NCBI GenBank assembly: GCA_964531275.1
Contig: CAZHDZ010000003.1
Location: 33,208 to 97,207, forward strand
DNA length: 64,000 nt
DNA from: an uncultured Gammaproteobacteria bacterium
GTDB lineage: Bacteria > Patescibacteriota > Microgenomatia > Levybacterales > GWA1-39-11
Direction of reading: 5' to 3'
Positions 19,597 to 29,186 of the stretch are shown piece by piece. Each line of letters starts with the position of its first letter. The stretch's first letter is position 1. The notes under the pieces were generated by a model that was not told the origin of the DNA, searched no databases, and was given only the letters and a program-made list of their open reading frames with translations. Both the position numbers and the translations under genes were made by a program.

Positions 19597-20366
19597 GATG
19601 CAGTTACTTTTGGTATTTTAATCCTTAACTTCTTTTTTTCACTATTGTGAAGATGTCGCATCCCGTAAAAAAACCATTTTAGATATTCTTGAAACCAAGG
19701 TCCAAGAAAGAATGTTGATTTGCCTCCATACAATCTGTCAATAGAAATGATAGGCACTTCGCCGAGTCGAAATCCTTGAGCTTGTGCTTTAACGGCTAGT
19801 TCAAATACTACTGCCCACCCAATCGGCCTAGATTCAAGGTTAATTTTTTCAAATATGTCTCGGCGAAACATTTTAAATCCAGTTGTAGAGTCGGTAAAAA
19901 CAGATCCGCAAATCTTCTGAAACAATTTATTTCCAATATTTGAAACTATGCTTTCAACCATTGAGCCGCCCAATCTTCTTCCACCATGCGCATATCTAGT
20001 GCAGCTAATTAGGTCGCATCCCTTATCCATAAGATAAACCATATCTTCAATAGCCAGTGTTGGTCCTACATCATCAACAGCAAGAAGTAAAATATACTTA
20101 CCTTGGGATTTTGAAACCCCTGCTTTGATTGCATTGATAACGCCCCGACCCAATTTATTATGCACAGGTCTTACATGCATTTTTTTCTTCATAAGAGATT
20201 TAATGACTGGTAGGGAGTCGTCATCCGGGTGATCATATATGAAAAGAATTTCATGACTTACTGTTAATACGGCAGACAAAATTTTTACCATTAGTTCAAT
20301 GTTGATGCCTTCATTGCGTACGGGAAGAAGTATAGATAATGTAGGGATATTATTTTTTGTAACCAT
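19593..20366 (-). CDS. GT2 DPM1/ArnC-like polyprenyl-phosphate sugar transferase (soluble, 257 aa)
   Basis: LSILLPVRNEGINI...YDHPDDDS...AVDDVGPT (GT2 D..D motifs). It overlaps the upstream aminotransferase by 17 nt, implying the same operon. Confidence 0.7.
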   Translation of the reverse strand: MVTKNNIPTLSILLPVRNEGINIELMVKILSAVLTVSHEILFIYDHPDDDSLPVIKSLMKKKMHVRPVHNKLGRGVINAIKAGVSKSQGKYILLLAVDDVGPTLAIEDMVYLMDKGCDLISCTRYAHGGRRLGGSMVESIVSNIGNKLFQKICGSVFTDSTTGFKMFRRDIFEKINLESRPIGWAVVFELAVKAQAQGFRLGEVPIISIDRLYGGKSTFFLGPWFQEYLKWFFYGMRHLHNSEKKKLRIKIPKVTAS

Positions 20367-21450
20367 AGAATGTTTTGATAAGAGCTATTACTTTTAAAAT
20401 GTCCTTATCGGTTAATGTGAAGGCTGAGGGAAGCCATAGTGTTTTTGGGGAGAGCAGGGAGGCATTGGTAAAATTGCCTTTGTAATTCTTATAGTATTTT
20501 TGTTTATGAATGGGGAACCAAAAACGCCTACAGTCCGCACCGTTCTTCTTTAAGAAATCATCTAGAGCATTTCTCTGTTCGCATACTGCATCCGTCCATA
20601 GTGGCAATTCTTCATTTGCGATATCAAACGGGAGAATTTCAATCTCCTTAACATCTTTCAATTTTTCCTTATATAGTATGTGATTCTTTTTCATCTTTTT
20701 TATTCTTGCAGAAAGCATAGTGAGTTGTCCAAGTCCAACGGCGGCCTGCAGGTCAGTAAACTTAAAATTGTAGCCAATGCCAGTATGAATATCATCCCCA
20801 CCCGTACCTCTTTTATCTCGGCCCTGATCTTTTAGCTCTACTATTTTTTTATAGATAGATTTATCGTCGGTAACTATAATTCCTCCTTGACCTGTAGTGA
20901 TTATTTTTGCCGGAGAAAATGAAAAACAACCTGTAACTCCAAACGTACCAAGGTATTTATTGCCCTTTTTTGACATTAGTGCTTCGGCAGCATCTTCAAT
21001 GACTGAAATATTATATTTTTTGGAAAGTCTTAATATCGTCTTCATATCTGCACCTCTGCCACTAACATGAACTGGAATAATTGCCCTTGTTTTTTTAGTG
21101 ATAACTTTTTCACAAGCGGAGATGTTGATGGTGAGAGTTGATGGATCGACATCGCAAAGTACAGCTCTTGCTCCGGTCATTTCGACTGCATTGGCCGTAG
21201 CGATAAAGGTAAGATCCGGCACAATTACTTCGTCCCCTGGCCCTATTCCAATAGCTTTCATTGATAAAAACATTGCGCTTGTTGCGTTAGGTACGGCAAG
21301 TGCATATTTTGCTCCAACTAGGTCAGCTATCTTATTTTGGAACTCAATAGTTAAAGGTCCCTCATTGGGAAATGCACTATTCAAGACTTTCTTTATATAT
21401 TTATACTCCTGTTTGCCGATTACCGGCTCCCACCATGCTATTTTTTTCAT
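20350..21450 (-). CDS. DegT/DnrJ/EryC1/StrS-family PLP-dependent sugar aminotransferase (ArnB-like); start taken at the internal MKKIAWWEP Met
   Basis: ALAVPNATSAMFLSMKAIGIGPGDEVIVPDLTFIATANAV and a later SFS.AK lysine region, typical of the DegT family. Confidence 0.85.
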   Translation of the reverse strand: MKKIAWWEPVIGKQEYKYIKKVLNSAFPNEGPLTIEFQNKIADLVGAKYALAVPNATSAMFLSMKAIGIGPGDEVIVPDLTFIATANAVEMTGARAVLCDVDPSTLTINISACEKVITKKTRAIIPVHVSGRGADMKTILRLSKKYNISVIEDAAEALMSKKGNKYLGTFGVTGCFSFSPAKIITTGQGGIIVTDDKSIYKKIVELKDQGRDKRGTGGDDIHTGIGYNFKFTDLQAAVGLGQLTMLSARIKKMKKNHILYKEKLKDVKEIEILPFDIANEELPLWTDAVCEQRNALDDFLKKNGADCRRFWFPIHKQKYYKNYKGNFTNASLLSPKTLWLPSAFTLTDKDILKVIALIKTFYGYKK

Positions 21451-21451
21451 A

Positions 21452-22237
21452 TTATTTGAACCCCTTGAAATACTTCTCTTCGACAATAACCATTTTCTTT
21501 TTCCCTATGTAAAAACTTGCAGGAGGAAATGGCTCGAATGTCATGGACCGTATAAAGTTGTATATCTTTTTTCCTTTCCAATTCCAATCAATCTCACCTC
21601 CATTGGGTAATCCCTTAGGAAAGTAGGATGCGCCTCTTTTATTTTGCGGTTGGGATTTTGGAATTGTGTTGTTTATCCAGCTGTCTATAAATTCGTTAAA
21701 AATTTCAGTTCCAAGTCTAGTAAAGTTGTCATAAACACTTTTTGCTGTATCAAAAGGCTCAACCTTAAATTTTTTCTGTATGATAATTGGTCCTGTATCT
21801 ATGCCCATGTCCATCCAATGCGCTGTTACTCCAATGTGCTTTTCGTTATTAAATAAGGCGTGCACTGTTGAATAGCGGCCTCTATATTTGGGAAGTAAAG
21901 CTGGGTGTATATTGAAGCACCCAAGTTTTGGAATCTTTAGTATTTGCTCCGGAATTAAATGTGTCCCACCAATGCTAAATATAATATCTGGATGTAAATC
22001 TATTATTTGGTTCTGAAGTTTTTTATCATTTAGTCGAGCACCCTGTATTAGTGGCAGTTTTCTTTTCTTTGCAAACTTAACAAGAGAGTCGTGCCAGGTA
22101 TCTACTCCCTTATCATCAAGATTTGCTATTACGAGATTTGGTTTGACACCCTTTTTTAAAAGTATTTTTAAGCAATCTACGCCAATTTGTTTGCCTCCTA
22201 TATATATTATCTTTTTACTTACCATATGATATCCCAA
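21452..22237 (-). CDS. Standalone sugar N-formyltransferase (Fmt/ArnA N-domain family)
   Basis: PDIIFSIGGTHLIPEQIL...CFNIHPALLPKYRGRYSTVHALFNNEKHIGVTAHWMDMGIDTGPII aligns with the Formyl_trans_N catalytic region (N..H..LLPKYRG, D.G). A C-terminal Formyl_trans_C-like segment follows. Confidence 0.8.
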   Translation of the reverse strand: MGYHMVSKKIIYIGGKQIGVDCLKILLKKGVKPNLVIANLDDKGVDTWHDSLVKFAKKRKLPLIQGARLNDKKLQNQIIDLHPDIIFSIGGTHLIPEQILKIPKLGCFNIHPALLPKYRGRYSTVHALFNNEKHIGVTAHWMDMGIDTGPIIIQKKFKVEPFDTAKSVYDNFTRLGTEIFNEFIDSWINNTIPKSQPQNKRGASYFPKGLPNGGEIDWNWKGKKIYNFIRSMTFEPFPPASFYIGKKKMVIVEEKYFKGFK

Positions 22238-22355
22238 TTAACAGCGAGTTATGGTTCTTGCAATGTCATAGTATAAACTATTGTTGCCAAACACAAGCTT
22301 TTATAGACAGTAATCTTGCTGAATTATATAGCCTTAATCCATACTATTTCAATTA

Positions 22356-23345
22356 GTGTATAATCGTATGAACATGTTGGCGAATAGCTATACCCAAAGC
22401 GATCGAGTATTTTTTAAAGGAAAAAATATTTTGCTAACTGGTGGAAATGGCTTTCTAGGAAGATACGTCAAAGAACAACTCATCCAACTTAAGCCTCGAT
22501 CTATTTTAATTCCGGATTCCAAGAAAGATGATTTAAGAATTGTTAAAAATGTAAAAAGACTTTTAAAGGACATTGATATTGTAATTCACCTAGCAGCAAA
22601 CGTGGGTGGGATAGAATATAACAAGAACTATCCGGGAACGCTTTTCTATGAGAACCTCATAATGGGTACTCAGCTGATGGAGGAAGCAAGAAAAGCTAGT
22701 GTGATTAAATTCGTTGCTCTTGGCACTATATGCGCATATCCAAAATTTGCGCCTATACCATTCAAAGAAGAGGATATCTGGAATGGTTATCCAGAAGAGA
22801 CAAATGCCCCTTATGGATTAGCAAAGAAAATGCTTCTTGTCCAATCACAGGCTTATCGTGCTCAGTTCAATTTCAATTCAATTTATCTCTTGCCCGTTAA
22901 TTTATATGGACCTGGTGACAACTTTAATGAGAAATCTTCACATGTAATTCCGGCATTAATCAAGAAGATCGAATTAGCAAAAAATAATAACATTCCTGTT
23001 GTTGAAGTCTGGGGAACTGGTAATGCAACGAGAGAATTCTTGTATGTGGAGGATTGTGCTCGCGCAATAGTTTTGGCTACTGCAAGATATGAGAGTTCGG
23101 AGCCAGTTAATTTAGGGGCCGGTTTTGAAATTTCAATTAAGGAACTTGCCTTAAAGATAAAAAAAATATGCAATTACAAAGGTGAATTGAAGTTTGATGC
23201 TAAGATGCCTGACGGACAACCAAGAAGGATGCTTGATACAAAAAGAGCTGTTAAAGGATTTGGATTTAAGGCTGTAACACCATTTTCAACTGGGCTTAAA
23301 AATACTGTGGAATGGTATAAGAAGAATTACAAGAAATTAGCTTAA
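22356..23345 (+). CDS. GDP-L-fucose synthase-like NDP-4-keto-6-deoxy-sugar 3,5-epimerase/4-reductase (SDR). The track start is GTG 22356; ATG 22368 or 22374 is more likely.
   Basis: HLAANVGGI; ALGTICAYPK; NAPYGLAKK (YxxxK); LPVNLYGPGDNF; SHVIPALIKK. These match the Fcl/WcaG pattern from memory. Confidence 0.6.
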   Translation: MYNRMNMLANSYTQSDRVFFKGKNILLTGGNGFLGRYVKEQLIQLKPRSILIPDSKKDDLRIVKNVKRLLKDIDIVIHLAANVGGIEYNKNYPGTLFYENLIMGTQLMEEARKASVIKFVALGTICAYPKFAPIPFKEEDIWNGYPEETNAPYGLAKKMLLVQSQAYRAQFNFNSIYLLPVNLYGPGDNFNEKSSHVIPALIKKIELAKNNNIPVVEVWGTGNATREFLYVEDCARAIVLATARYESSEPVNLGAGFEISIKELALKIKKICNYKGELKFDAKMPDGQPRRMLDTKRAVKGFGFKAVTPFSTGLKNTVEWYKKNYKKLA

Positions 23346-24059
23346 TTTCGCTGTGCCTGCCTTTATTATAGACTGCAATATTAGCGCCCCGTCTTTTATT
23401 GGCGAAACTTGAGAGTGGCCAGTATTTCTTCTCGTATAGCTTACCGGTACTTCTACTAGCTTGTATTTAAGTCTTACGCTTTTTATAACAGTTTCTGCTT
23501 CGTATCCGAAATGACGTTCTTTTATTTTAAGTTTAGTGAATTTATTTCTTCTAATAGCTTTAAATCCGGCAAGAGAATCTGTAATGTATCTACCGCATGC
23601 AATTGATGTTGCAACCGAAAGTAAAAAATTTCCTAGAGTTCTGACAAATGGTGCATCCGCTTGGTTTTTTCGTTTTCCAATGGCTATGTCAGCTCCTTTA
23701 TCAAGAGCGTTGACTAAAAGTTGGATTTCAGTTGGTCTGAATTGGTAATCAGCATCTATTTGAACAATATATTCACCATTTGATTTAAGAGCTGCATCGC
23801 GGAAGTCAATTCCTTTACCTCTTTTTTTACCAAATTCAAAAACAATAGCTTTTTCTTTCTTTGCAATTTCTACAGTTCTATCTTGTGAACCACCATCAGC
23901 AACAACAATTTCATATGTGTAATTTTTTTTCATAGTATTAATTTGGCGAATCATCTTGCCAATACTTTTTTCTTCGTTGTAGGTGGGGAGTATGATGCTA
24001 ACTTTAGGAATAATTTTTTTACCTGTTTTCATCTGTAAGATTTTACTATAATATACCAT
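23337..24059 (-). CDS. GT2 DPM1/GtrB-like glycosyltransferase (soluble); an alternative start lies at 24032
   Basis: VSIILPTYNEEKSIGKMI...VVADGGSQDRT...IDADYQ (GT2 motifs). Confidence 0.7.
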   Translation of the reverse strand: MVYYSKILQMKTGKKIIPKVSIILPTYNEEKSIGKMIRQINTMKKNYTYEIVVADGGSQDRTVEIAKKEKAIVFEFGKKRGKGIDFRDAALKSNGEYIVQIDADYQFRPTEIQLLVNALDKGADIAIGKRKNQADAPFVRTLGNFLLSVATSIACGRYITDSLAGFKAIRRNKFTKLKIKERHFGYEAETVIKSVRLKYKLVEVPVSYTRRNTGHSQVSPIKDGALILQSIIKAGTAKLS

Positions 24060-24077
24060 ACACTTCTAATTGCAAGA

Positions 24078-24992
24078 ATGAAAAGAATTATAGTTACCGG
24101 AGGCTCAGGATATGTGGGGGCAGAGGTTGTAGAGTTGCTTATTAAAAAAAAGTATTCAGTTTTGGTTGTTGATAAGCAATCTATCTACAAAAATTCAAAA
24201 GCCACATTTCTAAAAAAAGACCTTTTATCTGAGAAAGGCTTAGCGCGTGTTTTTCAACAAACTGATTCAGTAATACACTTAGCTGCAGAAGTCGGTGGTG
24301 TTTCTTTTGCTAATAATTATCCTGCAACAATCATTCACAACAATGCATTAATTGATTTGAACTGCATCAAAGCTGCGGCTGCTGCACATGTTAGAAAATA
24401 TTTGTATGTTTCGAGCTCTCTTGTCTATGAACAAGCAATAAAATTTCCGCTAAAGGAAGCTGATACTTTACATATTCCGCCCCCACACTTGTCCTACGGT
24501 GCAGAAAAGCTTTTTGGGGAGTCGTTATGTGAAGCTTTTTTTCAAGAGTTTGATTTGCAATATGCTGTATGTAGGCTTTTTAATGTATATGGAATAAATG
24601 CTGCGGGTTTTGGAGATCCCAATGGACATGTTATCCCAGATATCATTAGCAAGGTGAAAGAGTCATCTGGAAAGGTTGAGATCTGGGGGAGAAAAAATAT
24701 AAGAAGAAATTTCACACATGTTTCGGACATTGCACGGGGAATTGTAGCGGCACTCGAGAATGAAAATAAAAATGAAGTATTTAATATTGCAGATAAAAAT
24801 GAGTACTCAATTGAAGATGTGACATTGACTTTATGGAAACTTTTAAGAAAGCCTGGATTGCCAAATTTTTATTATGTTAAGAAAAACAAACAAGACGTAT
24901 TAAGAAATTTTGCATCAGTTAATAAAGCAATGAAGATACTAAATTGGAGAACTAAAACGTCCTTGCAAGATGGATTAAAAGCTATGATTTAA
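24078..24992 (+). CDS. NAD-dependent epimerase/dehydratase (SDR)
   Basis: VTGGSGYVGAEV Rossmann motif; YVSSSLVY; LSYGAEK (YxxxK). Confidence 0.7.
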   Translation: MKRIIVTGGSGYVGAEVVELLIKKKYSVLVVDKQSIYKNSKATFLKKDLLSEKGLARVFQQTDSVIHLAAEVGGVSFANNYPATIIHNNALIDLNCIKAAAAAHVRKYLYVSSSLVYEQAIKFPLKEADTLHIPPPHLSYGAEKLFGESLCEAFFQEFDLQYAVCRLFNVYGINAAGFGDPNGHVIPDIISKVKESSGKVEIWGRKNIRRNFTHVSDIARGIVAALENENKNEVFNIADKNEYSIEDVTLTLWKLLRKPGLPNFYYVKKNKQDVLRNFASVNKAMKILNWRTKTSLQDGLKAMI

Positions 24993-25885
24993 TTTGTCTT
25001 CGCGATAACTGCAAACTCATCCTTGGGTAAAAAAGACATCCGAATTTTAGTAAGTAGTTTTAGTGATGACATTTTTTTAAATTGATTTTTAAATAAAGGT
25101 GAATTTTCGGATAACCGATCAAGAAAATATGAAAGAGGGTAATCACGTCTATAAAGATATATTTCCACTATCTTAAATCCTGCTTTTTCTAAAAGTAATG
25201 AAAGATTTTCTGGAGTAAAAAGTGTTATATGCATTCTCACAAAAAATGGATGACGATCGCCGAGAATTCTAACCAGAAAGTTACTAATGTTGGGTGTGCC
25301 AAGTATTAATAGGCCATCTTTATTAAGAATTTTTTTTGCCAAAAGAATCTCACTCATGGGGTCTGGCACATGTTCAATGACATCCCACATAGTCACAATA
25401 TCGAATTTCTTGTTTTTTATATCTGAAAGCGTTTTTCCGTATATAGGAAAACCTTTTTTCTTAACATAACTTGTCGCCCATCTGCTTGGGTCAAGCCCTG
25501 CAACTTTAAAACCGTTTTTAGAAGCAGCCTCAATAAAAAAACCACAAAAACACCCCACGTCTAGAAGTGTTCCTTTCTTTCTATGCGTCTTTAGTTTTTT
25601 TACATGTTTTTTGATGAGATGCATTCTATATTTTTTAGTTTTCAAATAATCGGGATCTTCGACAGCTTCATATCCTTCCATAAATTTATCCAAATTTTCA
25701 CGGGGATTTGTAAAGATAGTTTTGCAGTCTTTACATTCAACTATCCTTGCATGTTTTTTAATGCCGGTAAGAGTATTCCTTAGATCATTCTGGATTATAT
25801 CTGGATTAAGATCACCTGTTTTAAGTGTGCTTTTAAAAAGTATTCTTTTTCTACTTGAATTGCAAACTGGACATTCTTTTTTCAT
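24989..25885 (-). CDS. SAM-dependent methyltransferase with an N-terminal Cys4 zinc ribbon
   Basis: CPVCNSS...CKDCKTIF; LLDVGCFCGFF (motif I); DIVTMWDVIEHV. Confidence 0.7.
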   Translation of the reverse strand: MKKECPVCNSSRKRILFKSTLKTGDLNPDIIQNDLRNTLTGIKKHARIVECKDCKTIFTNPRENLDKFMEGYEAVEDPDYLKTKKYRMHLIKKHVKKLKTHRKKGTLLDVGCFCGFFIEAASKNGFKVAGLDPSRWATSYVKKKGFPIYGKTLSDIKNKKFDIVTMWDVIEHVPDPMSEILLAKKILNKDGLLILGTPNISNFLVRILGDRHPFFVRMHITLFTPENLSLLLEKAGFKIVEIYLYRRDYPLSYFLDRLSENSPLFKNQFKKMSSLKLLTKIRMSFLPKDEFAVIAKTN

Positions 25886-25927
25886 AATACTGATGTTTAT
25901 TGATGCTATAATAGCGTATCTTCATTC

Positions 25928-27424
25928 ATGGCAGTAGGCAAAACAGTTATTATCGTTTTTCTTTTATTTATTGTCTCAATACTAACTCGAATCCCGTTGG
26001 TTGAGAATATGCATTCTCATACCGACAGCTCTTCTATTACCTTGGCCCTTGTTAATTACGACTTAAATCAAGAAACTCCTGCGCCACCTGGCTATCCACT
26101 GTATTTAACATTCGGAAAACTCATCTATTATATAGTAAGAGATCCTCATCAGGCTTTAATTATAGTAAGCATTATATCAACTGCATTAGGTGCCCTTGGC
26201 TTTTACTTTTTGGGGAAATATTTAGACCATGAAAACACCGGAATTATAAGTGCAATTGTTTTCTTGTCTTCACCCGCAATCTTTTTCTTTGGTCTAACTA
26301 TTTATCCTTACTTGTTCATGATAGGAATCGAAGTTTTATTCGTTTTCTTTGCCTACATTACAATTTTTAAGAAAAGAAATACAGCTATTTTTATTGGCGT
26401 CTTTTATGCTTTACTTTTGGGAATAAGGCCTCAGGAGATTCTTTTAACCCTCCCCCTAGCCGTATATGTAATCTATAAATTGTCAAATAAAGCGAAGCTT
26501 CATGCTCTTGTTGCATTTGGAGTCATAACCATAGCATGGTTAATGCCCTTCATTTTTGTAAATGGTGGAGTAAGGAATTACTATTATATTCTAAGCAATG
26601 GAGCTTCTGAAGCATTGCCATTACCATCTTTTAATCCACTTATTTATAAACGTTTTGAGCTTCTGAACGGGGCATTTGTAACCCTGGGTGTTTCAAGTAT
26701 TTTCGCCATTTATCAGCTTATAAAAATGCTGATTGGGAATAAAAAAACTAATTATCTTATTCTCCTTGCATTATGGGCAATACCTTCGCTTCTGTTTAAT
26801 TTATTCATCAGAACGGAGCACGCTGGTTATCAACAAGGTTATTTAATGCCATGTATTTTATTAGCAAGTATTGCATTGAGGAGGGTATATTCTGTTAGGA
26901 AAATTCTGGCAATCGTATGCATTGCAATTGTTGTTCTGATCAATCTTTATATATTTTTTTACAACAGGGACCCTCTCTATCAAAAGCCTTATAGGCAGTC
27001 CTCATTTCACTATACAGACATTGTGAGAAACGATTATGTTCTCTCCGAAAAATTTAAATATATCAAGAGTAACTTTGCGCCTGATAAGACCATTATATTT
27101 GCAGGACCCTATTTCTGGAGACATGTAAGGTACTATTTACCTGAATTCGAAATATATATGATAGGGCGATTATTTGAAGAAGAAGATTCTAACCTGCTTA
27201 TAAAAGCATATGGATTGCGCTTTGAAAAAATTTGGAATACCAACAGAACTCTAGATTTACCAGATAAGGTAACAAGCATAGTCATTTTTGATGATGAGGG
27301 AAGTAGTTTTGAAATAAATAAAAAACGAATTGTAAAATTTAAAGGCATAACTAGTTTGACAATTGTTCCGGTTTCAAGGGCAATGCAGATTGGATATCAT
27401 AAAATTTATACAGTTATTAAATGA
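25928..27424 (+). CDS. Polytopic membrane protein (about 11 TM helices) with a C-terminal soluble domain, possible PMT/ArnT-like GT-C
   Basis: Hydrophobicity pattern. An N-terminal periplasmic loop carries PPGYPLYL. No firm motif was found. Confidence 0.35.
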   Translation: MAVGKTVIIVFLLFIVSILTRIPLVENMHSHTDSSSITLALVNYDLNQETPAPPGYPLYLTFGKLIYYIVRDPHQALIIVSIISTALGALGFYFLGKYLDHENTGIISAIVFLSSPAIFFFGLTIYPYLFMIGIEVLFVFFAYITIFKKRNTAIFIGVFYALLLGIRPQEILLTLPLAVYVIYKLSNKAKLHALVAFGVITIAWLMPFIFVNGGVRNYYYILSNGASEALPLPSFNPLIYKRFELLNGAFVTLGVSSIFAIYQLIKMLIGNKKTNYLILLALWAIPSLLFNLFIRTEHAGYQQGYLMPCILLASIALRRVYSVRKILAIVCIAIVVLINLYIFFYNRDPLYQKPYRQSSFHYTDIVRNDYVLSEKFKYIKSNFAPDKTIIFAGPYFWRHVRYYLPEFEIYMIGRLFEEEDSNLLIKAYGLRFEKIWNTNRTLDLPDKVTSIVIFDDEGSSFEINKKRIVKFKGITSLTIVPVSRAMQIGYHKIYTVIK

Positions 27425-27867
27425 GAAAAATAGTTCTTATTCTTTTTGTCAGCACCTTGTACTTATGGTTTGGGATAAGTATTGTTAGGACTTTTATTAA
27501 TCTGGGAAAATTTGTTGTGTCAGAAATGCATCTTGTGCTGTCTTCCGAAGAGCAAAGGAGGCGCGAAACATACGGGGAACTCTATGATTTCTGCATTTTC
27601 GTGAATGATAATACAACAGAAAGGTCTACAATATATTTTTTGACAAGTGATGTGCATGCTTTTTATTTTTGTAGATACGAGGTTTATCCTCGGAAAATGT
27701 TTTTAATAAAAGATCTTAATAGTACTAGTGCATATACAATAAAAGAAAATGATTATCTACTCGTACTTCAGTCGAATAATATACAGTTAATTAATGATGC
27801 ATATGGTTTTGGGCTTATAAAAAAGTATAAGCCTAGTTCTTTAGTTGGGGCTCTTTACAGAAAATGA
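27421..27867 (+). CDS. Hypothetical protein, one N-terminal TM helix plus a soluble domain
   Basis: ORF translationally coupled to both neighbours (4-nt overlaps). No recognisable motif. Confidence 0.3.
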   Translation: MRKIVLILFVSTLYLWFGISIVRTFINLGKFVVSEMHLVLSSEEQRRRETYGELYDFCIFVNDNTTERSTIYFLTSDVHAFYFCRYEVYPRKMFLIKDLNSTSAYTIKENDYLLVLQSNNIQLINDAYGFGLIKKYKPSSLVGALYRK

Positions 27868-29186
27868 ATACATTAATAGTTTTACTCACGCTTTTTTTTA
27901 CTGGATTACTTGGATTTAGCGTATTGCATCTCCTGGGTATCTTCGGAAAAGGAGGATTACGTGAAAGAATTTTATTTTCTTTTGGTGTAGGTGTTGGCAT
28001 TATGATGCTGCAAATGTACTTCTATTCGCGAGCGGGAATTGTTTGGGATCCTAATAACATCGTTGTTCCCTGGGGAATTCTTTATATTGCTGCCTTACTG
28101 AAACATTCTATATCCTTGCCAAACTCTAGAATAGTTGTTCCAAAATCAAGAAAAGTAAAAGCTTTATTCATTTTGGTGGTGTTATTAGGCGGCTTTACTT
28201 TAATTGAATCAATATTGCGACCTCTTAATGCATGGGATGGTTATGCGAGTTGGCTATTTAGATCCAAAATGTATTTTGTTGAAGGCTCAATAGACCCGTC
28301 ACTCGTTACCTATCTGCCTACAGAATACCCCCCCTTAGTTAGTATGATGGGAACGTTTCTATACACATTCCTTGGCCAAATTGATGACAGGTCGATATTG
28401 GTAACCTATGCGGTGTTTTATATAAGTTTGGGTGCAATTTTTTATAATTCATTAAAAACAAAATCTGGCAATTTTTTAGCCATACTCTTTACCTTCCTTC
28501 TTCTGTCGACTCAAAATCTAATACGTCACAGTGGACGTTTTGAAGCAGGACAAGCCGACGTTATTCTAGGTTATTATATTTTCTTGTCATTCTTGCTATT
28601 TATTAGAGTATTGAAGGATATTTCTTCTAAAAACTTACTTATTTTACACTTCATGCTTTTGATATCTGCATTAATAAAGAATGATAGTGTGCCACTCGTT
28701 TTGATTACAGAGTTTGTTGTGCTAGTTGTTACAATTTTCCGGTTTGGTTTTAAAAAAGTACTGTTATCGCTAGTATTTTTTGTACCTTTCCTTGATTGGC
28801 AATATTTCAAGCATCTTGAGGGTGTACCTTCCTCACCTGAATATATTAGTACGATCGTTCATCCAGAACGAATTCCTGTTGTTCTTAAGGAATTCACTAA
28901 AGAGCTCGTAAATATAAAGAATTGGAATTTGCTGTGGATAGCATTTGTTTTAAGCATGATTCTTGTTACTTTTAGAAAATTAAATACCGAGGTTTTCATT
29001 GCTTTTGCGATCATAATAATTGACATTATTGTTTTAGCTTCTGTTTTTTTTGTTACGACGCCAAATCCGTCTGAGCACATACCTAATGTCCTCAATCGCG
29101 CCCTTTTACACATAGCACCTGTTGGAGTTTATGCTATATGTATGTGTTCTGCTTTGTTAAAATTAAAACTGATACATGAAAAGTAA
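27864..29186 (+). CDS. Polytopic membrane protein (about 12 TM helices), function unknown (glycan-island membrane component)
   Basis: Hydrophobicity only. Confidence 0.35.
   Translation: MNTLIVLLTLFFTGLLGFSVLHLLGIFGKGGLRERILFSFGVGVGIMMLQMYFYSRAGIVWDPNNIVVPWGILYIAALLKHSISLPNSRIVVPKSRKVKALFILVVLLGGFTLIESILRPLNAWDGYASWLFRSKMYFVEGSIDPSLVTYLPTEYPPLVSMMGTFLYTFLGQIDDRSILVTYAVFYISLGAIFYNSLKTKSGNFLAILFTFLLLSTQNLIRHSGRFEAGQADVILGYYIFLSFLLFIRVLKDISSKNLLILHFMLLISALIKNDSVPLVLITEFVVLVVTIFRFGFKKVLLSLVFFVPFLDWQYFKHLEGVPSSPEYISTIVHPERIPVVLKEFTKELVNIKNWNLLWIAFVLSMILVTFRKLNTEVFIAFAIIIIDIIVLASVFFVTTPNPSEHIPNVLNRALLHIAPVGVYAICMCSALLKLKLIHEK

Noticed and set aside
22238-22367. TATAAT at 22359-22364 as a promoter for the Fcl-like gene
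   Set aside because: It is plausible (it would make ATG 22374 leaderless), but the -35 region is poor and the box lies inside the track's GTG-start ORF. It was left out of the feature list as too uncertain.
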